A stretch of 64,000 bases of DNA from a virus, in IMG/VR virus record IMGVR_UViG_3300025133_000072, positions 1-64,000 of that record, one strand, 5' to 3'. Below the pieces are notes generated by a model that was not told where the DNA came from, made no database searches, and saw only the letters and a program-made list of their open reading frames with translations. The position numbers and the translations under genes were made by a program. This document shows, piece by piece, positions 53,795 through 62,780 of this stretch (its first letter is position 1; every line of letters begins with the position of its first letter).

Positions 53795-56734
53795 GTGGCT
53801 CATTTTTTATCTTTTCAACTTGAGGACGAGTTTGTAAATTCGATCCCAGAGCCCCAGTTAGGATTTGGAGAATTAGGAGCATTTACATTTCTAAGGACCT
53901 ATAGCCGGGTTAAACCAGATGGAACAAAGGAATCTTTCCGGGACGTTATTAAGCGTTGTGTGGAAGGTTCTTTTTCATTACAGAAGGATCATATTCTTTC
54001 CCATCATCTAAGTTGGGATGAGGGGAAAGCAACTAAAGCAGCTCAAACAATGTTTTCTCATATGATGAATTTATATTTCCTTCCTCCTGGGAGAGGGCTG
54101 TGGATGATGGGAACCGAGTATGCTCACACCAGGACTCCGGCTGGATTATTTAACTGTTTTTCTGGGGATACTGAGGTTCTTACCAGACATGGAACTAAGG
54201 AAATACAAAATTTAGTAGGCACAGAACCTTTTCTTCTCACAAGTGCTGGAACTTGGACTTCGGCACCTGTTCGATCTTATGGTTTCCAGTCTTTATATGA
54301 GCTTACATTAACTAGACAAGGAATTCATAAAACCATCCGAGTAACCAAGGACCACAAATGGTATGCCCAGCATGGTCATAAGGTACGGAGAGGGCATTCT
54401 TTTGATGAATTGACTACACTTGAATTAGAAGAAGGAATGTGGTTGAGGTATCAGTTAGCCCAACCAGCGGGGAAGCCTTCTCCTCAAGGGATTCAACATG
54501 GAATTTCTTTTGGGGACGGCACAGGCACTTCTTTGAGTTTAGTAGGAGAAAAACAGGATCTTCTTCACTATTATTCGGCTAATGACAAATATCCTGAAGA
54601 AGAGAGAAATATAATCCGAGTGATCGATCTACCAGAACATTTTAAGGATAAGCCTGATCTGTCCTGGGACAGAAAATATCTATTAGGTTGGTTGATGGGG
54701 TATTTCGCAGCAGACGGGTCAGTGGATAATGGGCAAGTCACTTTGTCTTCTTCTCGAAAAGAAAATTTGGAGTTAGTTCGAGATGTTGCTTCTATTATAG
54801 GGATAGGGACTTATTCAATCAGGTTTTCTAGCGGGTCTTCTAATTATAAGGAAGATCGAGAATTATGGGACATAACTTTCATGCGGGATACATTTCCGGA
54901 GGGGTTTTTCTTAAGAAAAAAACATAGTGAAAAGGCGGGGAATAAAGACACGCCCAGAAGAAATTGGAATGTTGTTTCTGTGAAAGATTTAGGAGTAGAA
55001 GAAGAGGTTTTTTGTGCCGAAGTTCCTACAACACAAAATTTTACCTTGGAGGGAAATATTTTGACCCATAATTGTGCCTTTACGAGCACGAGAAACATAG
55101 CTAAAGAGTATGAGTCTCCCTTCACATTTTTGATGGATGTTTCGATGCTGGGAGTTGGATGTGGTTTTGATGTCAAAGGAGAATCCAAGGTCGAGATCCA
55201 CAAACCGACTGGGGAAGCAAAGAATTTTGTAATAGGGGATTCTAGAGAAGGCTGGGTGGAGAGTACAGGAGCCCTCATTCGATCCTATATCCATCCCACA
55301 GATAATCACCAGCTCCTTTTTGATTATTCAGGTATACGAGCAAGGCATACTCTTATTAAAGGATTTGGAGGAGTAGCCGGGGGACCAGAGAGCCTTATTC
55401 AATTGCACTGGGATCTCAGGGAGATGTTTGATCGAGCTATCGAAGCAGATAAAAAGCACATGGATTCCAGGATGATTACAGACATTATGAATCTTTTAGG
55501 TTCCTGTGTGGTGTCTGGTAATGTTCGTAGGGTCGCTGAGTTAGCTCTAGGCTTTCCTGATGATGAAGACTATTTGGATCTTAAGAATTATGAGATTAAT
55601 CCAGAACGCAAGGGATATGGGAAGTACAGTAATAATTCTGTATTCTGTCAGGTTGGAATGGATTACTCTTCTCTTATTGAGCGCACAGCTATCAATGGAG
55701 AGCCTGGAATGTTTTGGTTAGACAATGTTCGTCGCTTTGGTCGAATGGGGGATGATGAGAACAATCGGGATGCTCTTGTGAAAGGAGCAAACCCTTGTAT
55801 GGAGCAATCTCTGGAAGATAAGGAGATGTGTAATCTCGTTGAGATTTTCCCTACGAATATTCCTGATTATGTGTCTTTTGAGGATGTTTTGAAGTCGGCT
55901 TACTTGTACGGAAAGTCTGTGACGCTGACCAAGACCCATATTCCTGAAACAAATCAGAAGCAGCTCAAGAATCGTAGAATTGGGATCTCCTTGTCTGGAT
56001 TAGCTATGTTCAAAGAATCCAGGGGAATGAACACTATGATCGAGTGGATGGATCGGGGATACAAATTCCTGAAAGCTACAGACACTCAATACAGCAAATG
56101 GCTCACGATTCCAGAGAGTGTGAAGCTCACTTCGATCAAGCCTTCTGGTACTATTTCTTTAGTAGCAGGAGTAACAGCCGGGGTTCATTATCCTGTGGCT
56201 AAGCATTACTACAAGAATATCAGAGTGTCTTCACATCTCCCTCTTGTGGATAAGTGTAGAGAGCTTGGATACAAAGTGGAATGGGAGATCAAGTACAAGG
56301 ATGATCCTTCTTCTCTTACAGGATTCTCTTCTTATGAATCTGATGATACGGTAGTCATTGCTTTCCCGGTCAATATCCCAGTCAATATACGAGGTCGGTC
56401 GGAGATTTCTGTCTGGGAACAGGTAAAGTTTGTGGAACTTGTTCAGCGCTATTGGGCTGATAATCAAGTCTCTTGCACAGTAACTTTTCAGGATTTTGAA
56501 AAGGATGATTTGGTTCGGGTCTTGGAGATGTTTGATAGATCTTTGAAAAATGTTTCTTTCTTGCCTTTATTTGATAGCGGATACGAGCAGATGCCCGAAG
56601 AGAAAGTGAATCCAGAAGATTTCCAAAAGTACGTGACCGGGATTGTTCCTTATGCATTTGCCTCCGAATACATCAAAGGGGAAGCCAAGGGAGAGACTGG
56701 GTGCGACAATGAAGGGGGTTCTTGTTCTTTATAG
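53795..56734 (+). CDS. nrdJ: class II (B12-dependent) ribonucleotide reductase with an intein
   Basis: RTYSR, PPGRGLW, FNC, SGNVRR, NPCMEQ, KPSGT, terminal C....CSL. Confidence 0.95.
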   Translation: MAHFLSFQLEDEFVNSIPEPQLGFGELGAFTFLRTYSRVKPDGTKESFRDVIKRCVEGSFSLQKDHILSHHLSWDEGKATKAAQTMFSHMMNLYFLPPGRGLWMMGTEYAHTRTPAGLFNCFSGDTEVLTRHGTKEIQNLVGTEPFLLTSAGTWTSAPVRSYGFQSLYELTLTRQGIHKTIRVTKDHKWYAQHGHKVRRGHSFDELTTLELEEGMWLRYQLAQPAGKPSPQGIQHGISFGDGTGTSLSLVGEKQDLLHYYSANDKYPEEERNIIRVIDLPEHFKDKPDLSWDRKYLLGWLMGYFAADGSVDNGQVTLSSSRKENLELVRDVASIIGIGTYSIRFSSGSSNYKEDRELWDITFMRDTFPEGFFLRKKHSEKAGNKDTPRRNWNVVSVKDLGVEEEVFCAEVPTTQNFTLEGNILTHNCAFTSTRNIAKEYESPFTFLMDVSMLGVGCGFDVKGESKVEIHKPTGEAKNFVIGDSREGWVESTGALIRSYIHPTDNHQLLFDYSGIRARHTLIKGFGGVAGGPESLIQLHWDLREMFDRAIEADKKHMDSRMITDIMNLLGSCVVSGNVRRVAELALGFPDDEDYLDLKNYEINPERKGYGKYSNNSVFCQVGMDYSSLIERTAINGEPGMFWLDNVRRFGRMGDDENNRDALVKGANPCMEQSLEDKEMCNLVEIFPTNIPDYVSFEDVLKSAYLYGKSVTLTKTHIPETNQKQLKNRRIGISLSGLAMFKESRGMNTMIEWMDRGYKFLKATDTQYSKWLTIPESVKLTSIKPSGTISLVAGVTAGVHYPVAKHYYKNIRVSSHLPLVDKCRELGYKVEWEIKYKDDPSSLTGFSSYESDDTVVIAFPVNIPVNIRGRSEISVWEQVKFVELVQRYWADNQVSCTVTFQDFEKDDLVRVLEMFDRSLKNVSFLPLFDSGYEQMPEEKVNPEDFQKYVTGIVPYAFASEYIKGEAKGETGCDNEGGSCSL
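54155..55072 (+). mobile_element. intein with LAGLIDADG endonuclease (306 aa)
   Basis: starts CFSGDTEV, block B T.DH.W, HGISFGDG and LMGYFAADG, ends LTHN before Cys. Confidence 0.92.
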
Positions 56735-56742
56735 GGTAGGGT

Positions 56743-56901
56743 ATGGAAAAGCCCACTGAGAAGACCAAAGCCCAAAAAGTAGTTGTGGATTATTATACTG
56801 GAGAGAGATTTTATCTTGTTTCTGTGAAGGGGAATCAGATGTATGTTGATGAGGAGCAATATCTTCAGATACAGAGAAGGGAGACAAAAGCCCCTTCCTA
56901 G
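56743..56901 (+). CDS. small hypothetical protein (52 aa)
   Basis: MEKPTEKTKAQKVVVDYY...; purine-rich RBS. Confidence 0.5.
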   Translation: MEKPTEKTKAQKVVVDYYTGERFYLVSVKGNQMYVDEEQYLQIQRRETKAPS

Positions 56902-56913
56902 TATTTTGTAATC

Positions 56914-57126
56914 ATGCGGGTAAAACCAAAGGCGGTAGCTAGAGCAACTGGGGTTCCTGAAAAATTAGTCAGAGTTTTAGGAGCCCTTCTCCTATCCATG
57001 AAACCTGGAGATGAAATCAATCTGGGTGAGATCCTCATGACTCGTGTTTCTCAGGATACTTTTAGAATCCACAAAAAGAGGAGATACGCTACAGAGGAAT
57101 TATTCGATGAGTTTTTCAAAGATTAG
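56914..57126 (+). CDS. small hypothetical protein
   Basis: 70-aa ORF in the operon. Confidence 0.55.
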   Translation: MRVKPKAVARATGVPEKLVRVLGALLLSMKPGDEINLGEILMTRVSQDTFRIHKKRRYATEELFDEFFKD

Positions 57127-58255
57127 TAGACCACGAGATATTTACGTCTATAAGAAGGCCAGAGAAATTCCTCCTCTTATTCGGGAGTATCGAGAAACAG
57201 ATGAGGGGGACATCCTTTTGCCTGTGTTTGAGAAGGTCCGGGATGTTGCTTACCATTGGATGAAGTGGGAGCTGTCCTCTACTGCTATGTCCTTTGAGGA
57301 TATCGGAGAGCTTTCCAAAGACTACGCTTCGTCTTTCATAGAGAAGATTCTTACCAAATCGGATTTCAGGGTGAATGATGCATCTAAGTATATCCAAAAG
57401 AATATGCTGGAAATTCTTTATGACAAGGACAGGAAAAAGCGGGTTCCTGTTTCTTATGCAGAGGTGTTCAAAGAAACTAATCCTGATTTAATTTTGGTTC
57501 GCCGGGAAGTTCTCAAAGAGTGCTTGGATACCATTCAACTGCTTTTGGGGGAGGATCTTTTTCCTTTGTTTGTTTCTTATATTAAAGGAGATATTCAAGG
57601 GTTTAAGGGTTTGGTAAATGACCGGGATCTCATGCGGTATACAATAGCCAAACATTTACTAGAAACACGTTGTAGGTTTTTGGTTTCTTCTAAAATGCCG
57701 TCTTACAAAGAGAGCAGTTTAGCTTCTGCGGTTATCCTTTCCCATCTTATGGAAGTGGACGAATCCCTTATATACATCCCCATGTTGATTGGGGAAGAGA
57801 ACTTCGTGAAATTGATGACCACGTTCCAGGGAAGGACAATGACTTTCCCTACTATGGAGGAAATTGAGATAGCCTATGATGTTGGTAGAACTCTTACTTT
57901 CTTTGAAGATCCTACAGTTAAGCATTTGAATTTTAGGATAGCGGAAAGGATGATAAATTTTTCTGGAGAAATGGAGCTGGTAGACCTTCCTTCTTCACAC
58001 AATCATAAGTATAATAGAGCTGACTTTCCTATGAATCAGGGTGTTCTTGTATCATATTTCATCACTAATTTTAGTAGGATAGGTGGTCTTTTAGGGTCAT
58101 TAGAAACTAAGGTTAAAGATCTTCCTAGAGATGGCGCAGGGAATTTGTCGGACATCACAAAGGAATTGAGCAGGATATTTAAACTGCAAACAACTTTACT
58201 GGATCAAGTGAGTAAGTCTACAGAGGAGATGCGGGAACATGATAGACAAGATTGA
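57107..58255 (+). CDS. hypothetical protein
   Basis: long ORF; GAGGA RBS before MSFSKIS; start approximate. Confidence 0.7.
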   Translation: MSFSKISRPRDIYVYKKAREIPPLIREYRETDEGDILLPVFEKVRDVAYHWMKWELSSTAMSFEDIGELSKDYASSFIEKILTKSDFRVNDASKYIQKNMLEILYDKDRKKRVPVSYAEVFKETNPDLILVRREVLKECLDTIQLLLGEDLFPLFVSYIKGDIQGFKGLVNDRDLMRYTIAKHLLETRCRFLVSSKMPSYKESSLASAVILSHLMEVDESLIYIPMLIGEENFVKLMTTFQGRTMTFPTMEEIEIAYDVGRTLTFFEDPTVKHLNFRIAERMINFSGEMELVDLPSSHNHKYNRADFPMNQGVLVSYFITNFSRIGGLLGSLETKVKDLPRDGAGNLSDITKELSRIFKLQTTLLDQVSKSTEEMREHDRQD

Positions 58256-58409
58256 GAAATCCTGTGGGAGCTGGGAAGAGGCTGAGAAGTATATTAACGA
58301 GAACAAAGGGAATTACAAGAACTATGCGATCAATCCTTCAGGGAGTTGGTATGTGGCAGTTCTGTGGGGTAAGATGCATTCCCCGGACACAATTCCATTA
58401 CACGAATAA
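58239..58409 (+). CDS. small hypothetical protein (56 aa, MIDKIEKSCGSWEEAE...)
   Basis: fills the gap between the flanking genes better than ORF 58252. Confidence 0.45.
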   Translation: MIDKIEKSCGSWEEAEKYINENKGNYKNYAINPSGSWYVAVLWGKMHSPDTIPLHE

Positions 58410-58424
58410 GGAAGGAAGGATTCA

Positions 58425-59123
58425 ATGGCAGTTAAAGCCAAAGTATCAAAAGAACCAAGAAAAGCTCAAATAACCATGATGGAGGCTCTGGGCCTGCTGT
58501 CTTCTTCACACAAACGATGCTCGGAAGTTCTCCAAGACGCTCGATTTCTAGGCATTCGCAAAGGGAATGAAATACCTCCGGATTTTAATTCCTGGAAGGA
58601 TTTTGAGAAGTTGGCTAAGTCCGGGATGATGAAGATAGAAGCGCTGCTCAAAGCCAGACAAGTGCTCACCAAGCTTATCGTCAAATCCAATATGGAAACG
58701 ACTGTCTCAGTAGAGGGTGTGGAAATGCCTTTAGCTCAGGCCGATGCTTTCCAGGAAGCTACCATGTCCACACATACCCAGATCCTGGAGTATTTCCGAC
58801 AGGTCCTCAAGGTCAACCTCAATACACTGGGAGAAAAGAACAAACCAGTGGATGAGCAGACTACCAAGCATATTGCCGAGATTATGGCTTGTGATATGCC
58901 TGCGAAGGACAAACAGAAGCAGATAAAGGATTTCGAGGCATTGTACCGCCTTCCTTATCAGCATAGTTTGGTAGATCCTACAAACATTCGAGGAGTCATT
59001 GAGAAGATGGACAGGATTCGGGTTCAGACAGTGAACAAGTATTCCTCGGTCATTCAGCAATCCCATCAAGTGGTTAAGATTGAGCTTGATCAGAAAGTCT
59101 TGGATGTCCTTCGAGAAACGTGA
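58425..59123 (+). CDS. conserved helical phage protein
   Basis: AAGGAAGG RBS; MMEAL...IVKSN..T.V.V.G..M.LA.A...LVDP pattern. Confidence 0.7.
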   Translation: MAVKAKVSKEPRKAQITMMEALGLLSSSHKRCSEVLQDARFLGIRKGNEIPPDFNSWKDFEKLAKSGMMKIEALLKARQVLTKLIVKSNMETTVSVEGVEMPLAQADAFQEATMSTHTQILEYFRQVLKVNLNTLGEKNKPVDEQTTKHIAEIMACDMPAKDKQKQIKDFEALYRLPYQHSLVDPTNIRGVIEKMDRIRVQTVNKYSSVIQQSHQVVKIELDQKVLDVLRET

Positions 59124-59349
59124 TCTGTCAGTAATAAAGGACCCAGCCTTTGTAGCCTATCTCAAGAAGAGTAAAGCTTTCCAGGAGATTCTTATTCATA
59201 GTGTTTCCCCGAATGTGATTATAGCTTGTGTAGATATGCTCCCTTCGACCACTGTTGATGAGTGGTTGAAGGACTTCAAGAAGAAGAAAACTAAAACGGA
59301 AACTTCAGGTAAAGTTATTCCTGTGGACTTTACAAGTTCGAATGTTTGA
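59080..59349 (+). CDS. hypothetical protein
   Basis: GKVIPVDF tail; start probably near 59103. Confidence 0.5.
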   Translation: MSLIRKSWMSFEKRDLSVIKDPAFVAYLKKSKAFQEILIHSVSPNVIIACVDMLPSTTVDEWLKDFKKKKTKTETSGKVIPVDFTSSNV

Positions 59350-59406
59350 GCCTCTTTTTTGTATTCTATTGGACATTCTCTCTTATTATCCATTACACTT
59401 TTATTA

Positions 59407-60135
59407 ATGCCAGCACGACAAGCACGTAAGTCGAAAGGCTCTTCTAGGATTCGGAAACGAAGACAAATAGAGCCAGAAGAACCTTCTGTAGATCTAGAAA
59501 AGAACACTACAGTCAGTACAGCTATCTCCATTCTTTCAGACCCAACGAATCTGGATGAGAAGGTAGCCAGCTTGCTTTCGACGACTTCTATTGGTATCAA
59601 GGTCTTATTTGCGGGGATAGCACAGCAGACTTCCTCTACCCTGAGTTCTATGTTCATGACATTGGATTCTATGGAGAAGGAATTATCTACTGACAAGTTT
59701 CAACAAGACTTACCAAAATCTCAGAAGATTCAACTTTACAGAACCATACGAGATACCTTCCAAGATAAGTTGGAGTTCCTCAGACAGGTTATGGAAAAGG
59801 GGGATCACGATACTTTCAAGGATGAAATTATGCTGGCTCTGAGATCAGTACAGGGGACAGAGGAACATCAACAGGACGTAGATCATCATGATATAACTAC
59901 CCTGGAAGAATTTCCGGATATGGAAAAATCCATTCTGTCGGATTTAAGAAACATTATCCAGGACAATGCTCTCCCGGCCCCTAAGAAAGAAGATCCTCCA
60001 TGTCCTCCCAAAAAAGCCAAAAAACCCCCATCCAAGAAGTCTTCTCGATCCTCGACCCGCTCTACCAAAAATACCCAAAAGTCGAAGTCCACAAAGTCAT
60101 CGGCAAGCAGTTTGGTTATGAACGGGTCCCCGTAG
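59407..60135 (+). CDS. putative terminase small subunit
   Basis: helical protein immediately upstream of and overlapping terL; assignment is positional only. Confidence 0.45.
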   Translation: MPARQARKSKGSSRIRKRRQIEPEEPSVDLEKNTTVSTAISILSDPTNLDEKVASLLSTTSIGIKVLFAGIAQQTSSTLSSMFMTLDSMEKELSTDKFQQDLPKSQKIQLYRTIRDTFQDKLEFLRQVMEKGDHDTFKDEIMLALRSVQGTEEHQQDVDHHDITTLEEFPDMEKSILSDLRNIIQDNALPAPKKEDPPCPPKKAKKPPSKKSSRSSTRSTKNTQKSKSTKSSASSLVMNGSP

Positions 60136-62066
60136 ATATAGATGAGTTCATTGCCAGTGATCATTATTTAGGTCGCTTGTTTAATCAGAAGCAATCTGGA
60201 AGATGGGATCAGAGAGACTCAGAGGAATTCAGAGAGTGCTGGAGGCACCACTTACACAAGATTTACCCCAATCCTTTTTTTAGTCCTTTCCACGAGGTTA
60301 TTCTCACTGGAGGAATTGGAACAGGAAAGACCACAGGGGGAAATATCATAGGGGCTAAAGACATTGAGAATATTCAATGCATGGGCAATCCTCATGCTCG
60401 TTTTGGATTAGATCCCACAACCGTTCTGGTCTTTGCTGTGTTCTCCGCTACGTTGAAACAAGTTCAGGATGTTGCCTTTCAACAGATCATGGGATTTTTT
60501 GATGTTAGTCCTTACTTCAAAGACTTGAGAAAAAGATCTTTGGCAGAATTTAAAAAGAAGGTATCCGAACAAGATCCCATGACACAGAAGAGACAGAAAG
60601 CTCTTCAAACATTGTTTCCCAAGAGGACTGATATTTCTGTGGGCTCTGTTGGGGGACATGGATTAGGGAAGGCTATTTTTGCTGCTGAGATTGATGAGTC
60701 TAATTTTGGGGGAAGACTGGGACAGGCTAAGGATACCTACACTACTCTAAGAAGGAGAATCCAGACTCGTTTTATGGAAGCGGGTGGAGGGCTCCCAGGA
60801 CACATGATTTTGATATCTTCTAGAAAAGATGACACTGATTTTCTAGATGAGCATATTGAGAAGGTCAAAGATTCCAAAGGGGTCTATGTTGTAGAGATGC
60901 CGATTTGGGAAGCCAAGCCCCAAGTATATTCAGGCCATTCTTTCCCTGTGTTTGCAGGAGACACTACGACAGATCCTTTTATTATCGATGAGAGCAACAT
61001 AGCTGATAGGGCTACGTTAGATGAGTCCAATATCATTTATTTCCCTGAAGAGCACCGAGAGGACTGCTTACAAGACATTTACGGGGCTCTAAAGGATTTG
61101 GCTGGTCGCAGTACCATTACGAGTAAAAAGCTCATTACTAAGCCAGCTCTGTTGGAACAGGCTATGTATTTCCCCATCATCACATCCCAGCAAGTCATTC
61201 GTCTCTCCTTAAAAGGTTCTGATAGGTTGATTGATTACGTGTATTCACATCTCCTGGGACAGAGGGCAGATCCACAGGCTCCTAGATTCATTCATTGTGA
61301 CTTTTCCCTCACAGGCGATAGGACTGGGGTAGCTTGTTCGTATAACAAAGGATTCAAGAAGATTGAGCGTTATGATCCTTTGTCTGGAACCTATAAGGTT
61401 TTTTCAGAGCCCACTATAAAAACAGAATGGGTGATCTATCTTCAGTCTCGTCCTGGGGAAGAAATCCCTCTGTTCAAGATTTTGGAATTTATTGTGGATC
61501 TCAGGGATTCCTATAAATATCATATTGGATTGCTTTCTACTGACGGATTTCAATCAGCCGATTTTAGACAACGAGCAGAGATGCAGCATTTTAAAACAGA
61601 TGTTTTGTCTCTAGATAAATCGAAAGACCCTTACATTAAATTTAGGATCATGGTGAATGATGGTAGGTGGGAGGGTCCGAGACATCCTCTTTTATTGAGA
61701 GAGTTTGTAGGGCTCAGGGATACAGGGAAGAAATTTGATCACGGAACGGATAAGGAGGCTTGTTTTGTGGGGGAGACAGAGGTTCGTATTAGAAAAAAGG
61801 AGGGGGAATATAATATAGCAATGGAGGCTCTCTCTAAGGAGGTTTTTGCCGAGATTTCTGTTTTGTCTTATGATCAAAGTAAAGGGACTTTTTGTTTTTC
61901 TAAATTAAACAGGTGTTGGGAGTCCAAAATTGTGGAGGAGTTGATCGAAATAGAGTTGGATGAGGGGACAGTTTTCAGATGTACTCCGGATCATTTAATT
62001 TTGACTAGAAGAGGATATGTGCAAGCTCAGGAGCTTACGTTAGAGGATGAATTAATTAGTGCTTAA
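60000..62066 (+). CDS. terL: terminase large subunit, N-terminal fragment + N-intein
   Basis: Walker A GGIGTGKT, Walker B EIDE, ISS, nuclease H.D.S..GD.TG, DGFQS, K.DH; ends with the intein N half. Confidence 0.9.
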   Translation: MSSQKSQKTPIQEVFSILDPLYQKYPKVEVHKVIGKQFGYERVPVDIDEFIASDHYLGRLFNQKQSGRWDQRDSEEFRECWRHHLHKIYPNPFFSPFHEVILTGGIGTGKTTGGNIIGAKDIENIQCMGNPHARFGLDPTTVLVFAVFSATLKQVQDVAFQQIMGFFDVSPYFKDLRKRSLAEFKKKVSEQDPMTQKRQKALQTLFPKRTDISVGSVGGHGLGKAIFAAEIDESNFGGRLGQAKDTYTTLRRRIQTRFMEAGGGLPGHMILISSRKDDTDFLDEHIEKVKDSKGVYVVEMPIWEAKPQVYSGHSFPVFAGDTTTDPFIIDESNIADRATLDESNIIYFPEEHREDCLQDIYGALKDLAGRSTITSKKLITKPALLEQAMYFPIITSQQVIRLSLKGSDRLIDYVYSHLLGQRADPQAPRFIHCDFSLTGDRTGVACSYNKGFKKIERYDPLSGTYKVFSEPTIKTEWVIYLQSRPGEEIPLFKILEFIVDLRDSYKYHIGLLSTDGFQSADFRQRAEMQHFKTDVLSLDKSKDPYIKFRIMVNDGRWEGPRHPLLLREFVGLRDTGKKFDHGTDKEACFVGETEVRIRKKEGEYNIAMEALSKEVFAEISVLSYDQSKGTFCFSKLNRCWESKIVEELIEIELDEGTVFRCTPDHLILTRRGYVQAQELTLEDELISA
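61761..62063 (+). mobile_element. split intein, N half (101 aa)
   Basis: block A CFVGETEV; block B CTPDHLILT..GY..A..L. Confidence 0.9.
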
Positions 62067-62431
62067 GCTAGATCGGTATCTATATAAATACCCAAGTATA
62101 TCTGATCATTTGGATGAGATTATTTTTTTGTGCACAAAGGAGGGCTTGTCTGTAAGAGAAATATCGAAGGGGTTAGATTCGAATGTGCATCATGCCGTTA
62201 TACAAAGAATTCTTAAGATGTTAGGCTTGCTGAGAAGTAAAGCAGAGACTTGATTTAGATATACCTCTTCCTTCTCAGCTTCGAGATAAATTGAGGCAAG
62301 GCGGGTTTTCACAGGTTGCTCAGGTTTTTCGATGGATTGGTAGATCCAGGAATTATGGGATTGCTTGGATAGAAAAGATTTATAGGCAAAAATACACAGA
62401 ATTTTATAGGGAGCATTTTAATGAAGATTAG
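62059..62431 (+). pseudogene. degraded free-standing gene between the intein halves (HTH start; probable homing-endonuclease remnant)
   Basis: 64-aa ORF with GLSVREISK; a second open frame 62234-62431 ends overlapping the IntC start; no nuclease motif visible. Confidence 0.5.
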
Positions 62432-62693
62432 ATCAATTCAAAGAGTTTTTTGTTCTCCCACACCTGTTTATGATTTAGAAACAGAAGAATTCCATAATTT
62501 TGCTTTAGGATGTGGTGTGATTGTTCACAATTCGAAAGATGGTGCTGATGCCGTGGGAGGGTCTGTGTATCAAGCAGCTACTTCCGATTCTCAGCCACAG
62601 GTATACGCTGATGATTTAATAGCTCAAATGGAAGCCGAACTTCAGAGAGGTTCTGAGGGTGGTCTTTTGTCTGATTTGTTTGATGATGATTAG
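62421..62693 (+). CDS. terL: C-intein (37 aa) + terminase C-terminal fragment (53 aa)
   Basis: GGGAG RBS; MKIRSI...PVYDL..EFHNFAL..G.IVHN followed by SKDGADA. Confidence 0.9.
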   Translation: MKIRSIQRVFCSPTPVYDLETEEFHNFALGCGVIVHNSKDGADAVGGSVYQAATSDSQPQVYADDLIAQMEAELQRGSEGGLLSDLFDDD

Positions 62694-62780
62694 GATTGAT
62701 TTGCTTTGTTTTGTTTTTCGCCGTTTTCCCCTGGAATCTGGTACAATAGAATAGGGTAGTAGAATAGAGAATATACTGCT

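Noticed and set aside
57107-58255. Phage sigma factor
   Set aside because: Only a vague resemblance to region 2 and no recognisable region 4 HTH. Left as hypothetical.
53-62693. Stop-codon reassignment (TAG read-through), suggested by ORFs 53 and 269 being in frame across a TAG
   Set aside because: Many clear genes end at TAG exactly where the next gene starts (2398, 44803, 49083, 52712, 56734), and core genes are intact in the standard code.
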